The notes beneath the pieces were generated by a model that made no database searches, was not told the origin of the DNA, and worked only from the letters and a program-made list of their open reading frames with translations. A stretch of DNA of 32,000 bases, taken from Candidatus Saccharimonadota bacterium. Its GTDB lineage: Bacteria > Patescibacteriota > Saccharimonadia > Saccharimonadales > UBA4665. Both the position numbers and the translations under genes were made by a program. This document shows, piece after piece, positions 1-6,910 of this stretch (within the stretch, counting starts at the first letter, position 1; each line of letters opens with the position of its first letter). The stretch is from positions 661,374-693,373 of the forward strand of contig CP023991.1 in the NCBI GenBank assembly GCA_003516025.1, in the 5' to 3' direction.

Positions 1-1
1 T

Positions 2-1009
2 AGCCTATCAACCAAAGCAAACAGTGTACATGTCCATACCGCTACTGATATCACCAGTGGTACTCTGGATACGGCCAGGATACCCAGCCTCAGCGCTACA
101 AAGATTGCCAGCGATACGTTAGACATTGCCCGGATTCCAACGGGCAGCTCAGCCAATACCGTCTCACTCGGCAACCATACGCATAGCGGATATGCAGCCG
201 TAGCACACATCCATGATGACCGGTACTACACGGAGAGTGAAACCGATAGCGCGTTAGCTGCTAAACTTGATATCAGCCAAAAAGGTATTGCTAACGGTGT
301 GGCTACGCTTGGTGCTGATAGTAAAATACCGGCGTCACAGCTACCTGCCGTAAGCATTAATGAAACATTTACTGCTAGCTCTCAAGCCGGCATGTTGACC
401 CTAGTTGCCCAACGCGGTGATGTCTGCATACGTACCGACACCAACCGCACATATATTTTGTCCAGCGACAGTCCGACGACGCTCGCTGACTGGAAAGAAA
501 TTATTGCTTCAGGCCAGGTAACAAGCGTAGCGGGTAAGACAGGGGCAGTAAGTCTTACAAAAACTGATGTAGATCTGACAAATGTCGACAATACCAGTGA
601 TGCCAACAAACCAGTTTCTACCGCCACCCAAACGGCCTTAAACGCTAAAGCGGCTATTTCTCATACACATACTGCTTCACAAATTTCCGACGCCACCGCA
701 ACTGGGCGTTCGGTAATAACCGCAACAGATGCAACTGGCGCCCGGGCCGCCATTGGCGCCGGAACATCAAACCTTACACTCGGTGCCACAGGAACCACTG
801 CAGCTGCCGGCAACCACACTCATGATGACCGGTACTACACGGAAAGTGAAGTTATGGGATTACTTGCTAATACCTTTTGGATCGTTACCACCACAGGCGG
901 TTCGTATCCGGCATCAAGACCCTCGGGCGTGGGTAGAGTCTGGTTTGACGATCCAGCCGTAAGTCCTCCGAGCTGGGCTATTAACCGTGACCGCTGGGCT
1001 GCCGCGTAA
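2..1009 (+). CDS. Phage tail-fibre-like repeat protein, 3' portion (5' end lies outside the window)
   Basis: The frame is open from the window edge (frame 2) to the TAA at 1007-1009, so the ORF-track GTG at 299 is internal. Tail-fibre-style motifs: LGADSKIPASQLPA, GDVCIRTDTNRTYIL...WKEI, ARAAIGAG, and a repeated GNHTH..DDRYYTESE unit. Nt 212-241 and 821-850 differ at 1 of 30 positions. Confidence 0.6.
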   Translation, partial: SLSTKANSVHVHTATDITSGTLDTARIPSLSATKIASDTLDIARIPTGSSANTVSLGNHTHSGYAAVAHIHDDRYYTESETDSALAAKLDISQKGIANGVATLGADSKIPASQLPAVSINETFTASSQAGMLTLVAQRGDVCIRTDTNRTYILSSDSPTTLADWKEIIASGQVTSVAGKTGAVSLTKTDVDLTNVDNTSDANKPVSTATQTALNAKAAISHTHTASQISDATATGRSVITATDATGARAAIGAGTSNLTLGATGTTAAAGNHTHDDRYYTESEVMGLLANTFWIVTTTGGSYPASRPSGVGRVWFDDPAVSPPSWAINRDRWAAA

Positions 1010-1019
1010 TACTCACTGC

Positions 1020-2348
1020 CTAGGAAGCATCCTGTGGCTTTTCACTAAATGCCCGTAAAAATTCCTGCTCGTTCTTTTGTAATGCAATCGCTTGGTGGGC
1101 CGAAGCCTCTAAATCATCCAGGAGCTTATTAAAGCCACCGCTATTTGTCATCAGACGGCTTTCCTGCATAGCAACACGGCTTCGCAGAACATGGCTGAGC
1201 AATAAGGTACATGTCCTCTGCACCCCTGTTTTCAGGAAGTAACGCTCAAACTTTGGCACGAGGATGTTTAAGGTATACTGCCCAGTTATAATATGCGCCT
1301 GACGCAACATATCAGCCACCACGGCGCTGATTTGGCCGGCTTGCACGTCTTTACGCCAATCATGCAGATCGTCATTGATTTGGCGGGCGATGAGATACTG
1401 ATTAAGCGCGGCAGCAATTTGCCGGGTCTGTGCCGTATTAGCGTCTGGTATACTCCTGGCAATTAACAGCGGCCCAACGACATGTCCCAGCGCCCGTTGG
1501 GCCAGCAGATGGCGATTGCCATAGCGGGGCAAGGCAGTTAAGGTAATAATATCACTTGCGACCCGCATGCGTGTATGCTGGACCTCCCAGGCATTTGCCT
1601 GATCGACCACGGTATACCAGGTTTCAACCTGGCGCATGGCGGCCATGTCATGGCGCACTACCTCGTTATAAAGCTGCAGAGACAGGCGGTTGGTAACATT
1701 CGCAACCGGCAGAAGCTCTGGCTGGCCTTCTTCATCAATGAAGTCATCGTAGATAATTGTTGCCATCCAGTTCAGAAAATTAGCGGCTCCAAGCAGCGTC
1801 ATATCCGATCGCTTAAGCGGATTTTGATAGATTAAGGATTCGGCGAAAAACTGCGGCATGAGTGCAATTTCATGGTTCGTATCGGCTATTTGGAGTTTTT
1901 CAAAGACCGTCATTACTGGTTGCCGCAAACTGACAGGAAGCGTTTTAAGACGGTCATAGACTGCATCGGTCACTGCTTTATAAGGCTTTTCAGGCATAGG
2001 GTCAACCCTATCTAGGGCCTTGAGGACAACCTGAGACTTAGAAGCAACGGCAGCCCCCTTACGAGCTAGATAGGCCTCAAGGCCGGGCAACGTGACATCA
2101 TGCAGACGCAAAAACCGGGCAATCATAAGGTTAGCAGCTGGATCAAGCACGCCCGGCTGTGAGTAATACGGTCCGCCAGGCTCTACTTCGCAATCTATCA
2201 AACGTCGCATGGCTGCTGCGAGCAACTCGCCGTCCACATCTTTACGTGTTTGCAGGTCGTATAACCGGCTAAACACCTCCCGTAAATCCCACGACCGGAC
2301 ATATTGCGGCGTAATAGCGTCATGTGGCTGATGATTATTATTTTGCAA
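1020..2348 (-). CDS. Divergent class I isoprenoid (polyprenyl/terpene) synthase-like protein
   Basis: 442-aa ORF with a TTG start at 2348 and GGAGA about 10 nt upstream. It overlaps the kinase stop by 11 nt. There are two Asp-rich motifs, IIYDDFIDEE (DDFID, aa 201-205) and QINDDLHDWRKDVQAGQ (DDLHD, aa 326-330), 125 aa apart. That spacing resembles the FARM/SARM pair of trans-prenyl synthases. The rest of the protein is divergent, so the function is tentative. Confidence 0.5.
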   Translation of the reverse strand: MQNNNHQPHDAITPQYVRSWDLREVFSRLYDLQTRKDVDGELLAAAMRRLIDCEVEPGGPYYSQPGVLDPAANLMIARFLRLHDVTLPGLEAYLARKGAAVASKSQVVLKALDRVDPMPEKPYKAVTDAVYDRLKTLPVSLRQPVMTVFEKLQIADTNHEIALMPQFFAESLIYQNPLKRSDMTLLGAANFLNWMATIIYDDFIDEEGQPELLPVANVTNRLSLQLYNEVVRHDMAAMRQVETWYTVVDQANAWEVQHTRMRVASDIITLTALPRYGNRHLLAQRALGHVVGPLLIARSIPDANTAQTRQIAAALNQYLIARQINDDLHDWRKDVQAGQISAVVADMLRQAHIITGQYTLNILVPKFERYFLKTGVQRTCTLLLSHVLRSRVAMQESRLMTNSGGFNKLLDDLEASAHQAIALQKNEQEFLRAFSEKPQDAS

Positions 2349-3768
2349 CGTGACGTTTTCTCCGTGGCAGAATTATCGTAAACAAGGTTGGACTGACGGC
2401 CGACTCGAGACGGATTGAACCATGGAAGTGTGTCTTGACGATTTGTTCGGTAATAAACAGGCCGACGCCCATGCCTTCGGCTTTCGTGGAATAAAACGGC
2501 GTAAACAACTTATGGCGTTCGGCGTCGGGAATACCATTGCCCCAGTCACTAACGCGTATTTCCAATCTCGATTTGAGGGCTTTAAGCTCTACGCGCACCT
2601 GGCGTCTGTCTTTGAGAATATCTGGCGGACAGGTAGCGTCGAGAGAGTTGATGACCAGAATATTCAAAATCTGACTAAAACGTAGCGGATCACCCGTAAA
2701 CCGCAGCAATTCACGGGAACCAGTGTGCTCGACATCCAACGCGACCCTATGCTTAGCGAATCTGGGGCGCAAAGCGGCCACTACTTCCTGTATGTTATGC
2801 AGCGCGTTAAACGTAGTGATTTCACCTTTGTCCTGCAGCTGTTTGCTCACACCCGCCACTAACTGATCCAGGTGGGATATGCTTTGCTTAGCCCGTTCAA
2901 TAGCTTCGGTGTGTTGTTGCTGCTGCAAATCTTCTATATCCAGGGTTAATGACGTAAGGTGGTTAGCTAAATCATGCAGCAAGGCCGTACTTAACTGTCC
3001 TAATTGGGCAAAACGGTATAGTTGTTGCATCTCCTGCAGCTGAGCTGCCCGTAAATTTTCAGTTTTTTGTTTAAGGCGGACCGCCAGCATATTCTTTTCT
3101 TCGAGCAGGGCGGTCTCGGCAGCCCTTGCCTGAAACAACGACCGCTCAATCTGACGGCCGAACAACCATGTTATCAGCCCGATTGTCAGAAACAGCAAGC
3201 AAAAACTAAGCGTATCACCAATTTCAGATACGGCGCCGTGCTGCCAGCTAAGATCAGCCTTATGTATATTGGTCGCTGACAGATACTGAATAACCAATAT
3301 CAAGCCGGTCATTACCGCCGCGGTATATAGTGCCAGCCGAGCACCAAGTACTACAGCAGCCAGCGTAATAGTAACGTTCATAATAAGCACTGCGAACGGC
3401 ATATTTATGCCCCACTGCCATGCGGCCATGCCGCCGATGGCAATATAGTAGGCGACCAACAGCAGGCTGGCGATTTGCCGCTTCTGCTTAATTGCCAGCA
3501 GGCTGATGGCAGACATATACGCGAGCGCGGCCAGGGCTACGAATATGCGCTCTGCCACCTGGGTATTGCCGGCGGCAAAGTAGCTGACAAGCAGCAACAG
3601 GAAAAATACACCGGTAATACCCGTGGTCGCGAAAAGCAGGATAAAAAGTGCTGTCTCTTTAGCTTTTTCCTCCGGGAATTGCCGTTGGTTTTTCGCTAAC
3701 TTCAGTAAAGCGTTCATGAATAAACGGTGCGGCTTAGTTGAGAATCGCAGGGCGGTTAGATGCATCAT
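2338..3768 (-). CDS. Sensor histidine kinase with multi-TM (about 6 helices) N-terminal domain
   Basis: The N-terminal two-fifths is hydrophobic with no sizeable extracytoplasmic loop. A coiled-coil follows, then the H-box LLHDLANHL, the N-box VINSLDAT, G1 VSDWGNGIP and G2 GMGVGLF. The start is ambiguous between ATG 3768 and ATG 3717 (M18, MNALLKL). Confidence 0.9.
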   Translation of the reverse strand: MMHLTALRFSTKPHRLFMNALLKLAKNQRQFPEEKAKETALFILLFATTGITGVFFLLLLVSYFAAGNTQVAERIFVALAALAYMSAISLLAIKQKRQIASLLLVAYYIAIGGMAAWQWGINMPFAVLIMNVTITLAAVVLGARLALYTAAVMTGLILVIQYLSATNIHKADLSWQHGAVSEIGDTLSFCLLFLTIGLITWLFGRQIERSLFQARAAETALLEEKNMLAVRLKQKTENLRAAQLQEMQQLYRFAQLGQLSTALLHDLANHLTSLTLDIEDLQQQQHTEAIERAKQSISHLDQLVAGVSKQLQDKGEITTFNALHNIQEVVAALRPRFAKHRVALDVEHTGSRELLRFTGDPLRFSQILNILVINSLDATCPPDILKDRRQVRVELKALKSRLEIRVSDWGNGIPDAERHKLFTPFYSTKAEGMGVGLFITEQIVKTHFHGSIRLESAVSPTLFTIILPRRKRHVAK

Positions 3769-3800
3769 GAGTGAGTCTTACTGTTTTACGATTCTCAACT
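3736..3800. repeat. Perfect 12-bp inverted repeat AGTTGAGAATCG (3736-3747) / CGATTCTCAACT (3789-3800) with a 41-nt spacer
   Basis: Read directly from the sequence. The arms bracket the upstream candidate start codons (3763-3768) of the histidine kinase. Confidence 0.75.
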
Positions 3801-3808
3801 TACCTTTA

Positions 3809-3928
3809 TTATTCCGCCTTGTTCCACCAGGGGATACCAGCGCTGAGCTCGCTGCTGAGCTTCCGGCTGATAGCAGCGTAATTCCGGGTATTTTTATCAG
3901 TTAACAATGCTTCGATTGTTGATTTCAT
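3809..3928 (-). CDS. Possible 39-aa mini-ORF between regulator and kinase (HTH-like remnant?)
   Basis: Hand translation gives MKSTIEALLTDKNTRNYAAISRKLSSELSAGIPWWNKAE, with AAGGA/GGTGGG upstream of ATG 3928. The pattern xxIAxxLxxSxxTxxxW is loosely like a small HTH. It is below the ORF-track size cut-off and unverified. Confidence 0.25.
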   Translation of the reverse strand: MKSTIEALLTDKNTRNYAAISRKLSSELSAGIPWWNKAE

Positions 3929-3942
3929 TGGACCCACCATCC

Positions 3943-4635
3943 TTATCTTACCTTCATTATTTGCGGGGTACTATCGACCATATACCCGATACCATACGCG
4001 GTTTTAATAAGCGGCGTCCCGAAAGGCCGGTCAATTTTGTCACGCAGTCGTTTAATATGCACATCAACGCTGTTATTCCATCGGTCATTAGAATTTTCCC
4101 AGGCATGGTCAATAATCATCTCCCGGGAAACCGCCCGCCCGTTGTTGGCGACAAGATACTGTAGAATATCGAATTCCTTCCGCCTGAGCGGCACGACAAC
4201 ACCAGAACGGCTTACCTGGCGGCTGGCGGGGTCGATTTCCAAATCGGCGTAGCAGATTTTACCGTCCGAGTAGGTGCGTTCACGCCGGCGGGCCAGGGCA
4301 TTGGTGCGCGCCAGCAGCTCGGCGCTGCTGAACGGCTTGCACTGGTAATCGTCAGCACCTTTATTAAGGAGTTCCACGCGGGAAGCTATGTTATGCGTAG
4401 CCGTCAGAATGAGTATCGGCGCGGTTACGCCACTCTCGCGCAGCGATTTACACACATCCGAACCGTGCATATCCGGTAGTCCCAGATCGAGGATAATAAC
4501 GCTGTACTCAATAGCCTGCGCCTGCGCCAGACCCTCTAAACCAGTATGAGCAATATCGACTATATAATGTTTTCCAAGTGCTAATTTTACCCGCGTCGCG
4601 AGACCACGGTTGTCTTCTATAATCAATACTTTCAT
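3943..4635 (-). CDS. OmpR/PhoB-family response regulator
   Basis: Receiver domain (MKVLIIEDN..., ILDLGLPDMHG, KPF) plus a winged-helix output domain (RRKEFDILQYL, VDVHIKRLRDKI). AAGGA lies 8 nt upstream of the ATG. Confidence 0.95.
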   Translation of the reverse strand: MKVLIIEDNRGLATRVKLALGKHYIVDIAHTGLEGLAQAQAIEYSVIILDLGLPDMHGSDVCKSLRESGVTAPILILTATHNIASRVELLNKGADDYQCKPFSSAELLARTNALARRRERTYSDGKICYADLEIDPASRQVSRSGVVVPLRRKEFDILQYLVANNGRAVSREMIIDHAWENSNDRWNNSVDVHIKRLRDKIDRPFGTPLIKTAYGIGYMVDSTPQIMKVR

Positions 4636-4873
4636 ACTAAAGATCCTTGCAGATTTGCTCTAGGGGCATAGTACACAATAATTATTAAAAAGTTCTGAAT
4701 TAACTTCACTATAGCATCACTTTAGGCACCACATGTACTAAAAGTGGTGAAAATCACAAATTGTAGGCCTACCATACTGCCAAACGATAGGTAACGATGT
4801 TAAAAAATTACCTACGTGAAACCCGTCATAACCATATAGTGGAAGTACTAAGCCGTGAATGGAGGAAAAGCGT

Positions 4874-6031
4874 ATGCAAAAGATGACACATCAAGCACTG
4901 ACCGAACTTGCCGAGGCTAACATAACTCCAGCAGTTACTTTATACATACCCCTGGAAGCTACCGCTTCGCCGCCACATATCACCGAGAACCAAATCCGTT
5001 TCAAAAACCTCATCCATAAGGCTGTGGCCGGACTGAAAGCCCGCGGTGACGAGTCAACGCTCAGCAAAGAACTGTGTGATACGCTCGATGCTTTACATGG
5101 TGACCTTGATTTCTGGAAAGAATCAGCCCGCGGTATGTTGGTGTGTGCCGCACCAGGCATGGTTGAAATGTACGCTTTACCAGTAGATACCGAAGAATAC
5201 GTGGCTGTCGGCGATACTTTTCATTTAGCGCCAATAGTAGCCCTGATGGGTGATGCCAAAGAATTTTATCTGTTGGCTCTCGCGCAACAGAAACCAAAAA
5301 TATATAAAGGAGACATGTACGGCTTAACTGAAATGAACATCGGTTTACCCGAGACGCTGCGGGTCGGCCTGGGTATCGACGAGCCAAACCAGAAGAGTGA
5401 AAACCAGGGCTCGGCCCGTGGTTCAAGCATGAACACCGGTTGGTTTAACGGCCGCGGCGGGGCCCGAGACCCTATGGACAACGACCGTATGAAATACTTT
5501 CACCTTATTGACAGCCTGCTTCATGACAAGCTCGACCGTACCTTACCGATTATAATAGCCGGTATCGACGCGGAAGTGGCTGAGTTCCGTGACATTAGTA
5601 AATATCCGACTATTCTTAAGGGGTGCATCACGGGTAATCATACTGAAACCAACCCGCAGGAACTGTTTAGCCAAGCTCACGCCATCATTATGGAAGAGTT
5701 GGTCCAGCCGGATCACGCGGCTGTTCGTGAGGAATATGAGCGCGTATCTGGAGCGAATCCAGACCGGGTAGCCGGCGACCAGGCGAGCATCATTGAAGCC
5801 ACCGAACAGGGTCGGGTAGACAAGCTGCTCGCTACTATGGGCCGTCAGACTACTGACACAGTGCAAGATAAAGTTACTTCCGTGTTCCGCATCTCTTTCC
5901 CTGAAGGCGAGACAGGAGCGTTACTCAATAAGCTAGCCATGAAAGTCTGGCAGATGAGCGGCCGTGTCGTAAGTTTGCTACCGGAAGAAATGCCAGGCGG
6001 ATCAACTATGGTCGCGCGCCTTCGCTATTAA
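4874..6031 (+). CDS. Bacterial eRF1-fold protein (baeRF-like family), function unknown
   Basis: GGAGG at 4861-4865 sits 8 nt before ATG 4874, so the ORF-track ATG at 4859 is probably too early. The pattern VTLYIPL...IRFKNL...FWK...GMLVCAAPG...FHLAPIV...EFYLLALAQQKPKIY, a Gly-rich loop (NGRGGARD) and KYFHLID match my recollection of the actinobacterial baeRF3-type proteins. There is no GGQ tripeptide. Confidence 0.55.
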   Translation: MQKMTHQALTELAEANITPAVTLYIPLEATASPPHITENQIRFKNLIHKAVAGLKARGDESTLSKELCDTLDALHGDLDFWKESARGMLVCAAPGMVEMYALPVDTEEYVAVGDTFHLAPIVALMGDAKEFYLLALAQQKPKIYKGDMYGLTEMNIGLPETLRVGLGIDEPNQKSENQGSARGSSMNTGWFNGRGGARDPMDNDRMKYFHLIDSLLHDKLDRTLPIIIAGIDAEVAEFRDISKYPTILKGCITGNHTETNPQELFSQAHAIIMEELVQPDHAAVREEYERVSGANPDRVAGDQASIIEATEQGRVDKLLATMGRQTTDTVQDKVTSVFRISFPEGETGALLNKLAMKVWQMSGRVVSLLPEEMPGGSTMVARLRY

Positions 6032-6109
6032 CATAAGAATAATACAATATTGTTGACTTTTCTGTTTTATTATGCTAGTGTATAGTCATAAACCATTTGG
6101 AGGAGTCCT

Positions 6110-6895
6110 ATGAACCTAATTCAGTCACCGCTTGTTGCGACAGGAAAAACCCTTAAGTCAGCACTGGCACTTTCTTTAGTAACCGTAGCCGTAGTTAGCG
6201 CCAACTTGGGCCATGTATCAGCCGCTAACGTCAGTTTTAACTCAGCACGGGATTGTGACACTAACGCCATCCTTAAGTGTGGGGCTATGGACGCTGGCGA
6301 ACTACAGCAGAAGTACAACGCCGCTAACGCCGCAACCCACGAAGTCTACAATTGGTACGGCATTTCAGCTACCGATATCGCCAACATGGGTTCAACGGCA
6401 GTTGCCGGTAGCGTCCAAAAAAATGGTAACGTGGTCGTAAACGGTAAAGTGGTCGCCAAAGACGCCATCAGCGCCGGTTGGCATAGTATGCCCGGCAGCA
6501 CCCGCGTTGTCTCTAATGGCGCCACTTTCTATAACAGCGCTCCCAACATTTCATTCGTAGCCAATCAAATTGATGCTTTCGTCGTACTTAACAGCGATAG
6601 TCAGTTCAAATTCGCGGTCCTCGCCAGTTGCTCAAACCCCGTCAAAGCAACCAATGTAGTTCCGGCTCCTACTCCAACTCCAGTACCAACGCCTACGCCT
6701 ACTCCGACGCCAACGCCAACTCCAGTACCGGAAACTCCACCTGTAGTCCAGCCGGTCGCTACCACGCCGGTTGAGTTGCCTAAGACTGGTCCTGCATCAG
6801 TCGTAGCGGGCGCGGGTATCTTTACTGGCGTAACCGCGCTCGGTGGCGCGGCCCATGCTTTCCTCGTGCGCCGTAAACGCGCGACCGATATGTAA
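6110..6895 (+). CDS. LPXTG cell-wall-anchored surface protein with Cys-containing N-terminal domain of unknown function
   Basis: GGAGG RBS at about 6100 and a signal peptide (ALALSLVTVAVVSANLGHVSA). Then a roughly 150-aa domain, a Pro-Thr linker, LPKTG, a hydrophobic helix and an RRKR tail. Confidence 0.85.
   Translation: MNLIQSPLVATGKTLKSALALSLVTVAVVSANLGHVSAANVSFNSARDCDTNAILKCGAMDAGELQQKYNAANAATHEVYNWYGISATDIANMGSTAVAGSVQKNGNVVVNGKVVAKDAISAGWHSMPGSTRVVSNGATFYNSAPNISFVANQIDAFVVLNSDSQFKFAVLASCSNPVKATNVVPAPTPTPVPTPTPTPTPTPTPVPETPPVVQPVATTPVELPKTGPASVVAGAGIFTGVTALGGAAHAFLVRRKRATDM
6662..6742 (+). repeat. Pro-Thr (PT/PV) codon tandem repeat encoding the stalk linker
   Basis: Encodes PAPTPTPVPTPTPTPTPTPTPVPETPP. 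It is an imperfect 6-nt periodic repeat inside the LPXTG CDS. Confidence 0.8.
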
Positions 6896-6910
6896 GCTAT
6901 CCAGGTTCAA

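Noticed and set aside
3623-4164. Plus-strand ORFs of 93 aa and 85 aa across the regulator-kinase spacer and the regulator 3' end
   Set aside because: They are antisense to, or interleaved with, the well-supported minus-strand operon. They have no motifs or RBS.
4727-4814. Short hairpins (CACCAC/GTGGTG; TAGGTAA/TTACCTA) and the 10-bp palindrome GTAGGCCTAC (4763-4772) in the regulator/baeRF divergent region
   Set aside because: The stems are only 6-7 bp with long AT-rich loops. OmpR-type regulators bind direct repeats rather than palindromes. The evidence is insufficient to call operators.
6662-6742. Short-period repeat considered as a possible CRISPR or satellite
   Set aside because: It is in frame inside a CDS and encodes a Pro-Thr linker. 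There is no repeat-spacer organisation anywhere in the window.
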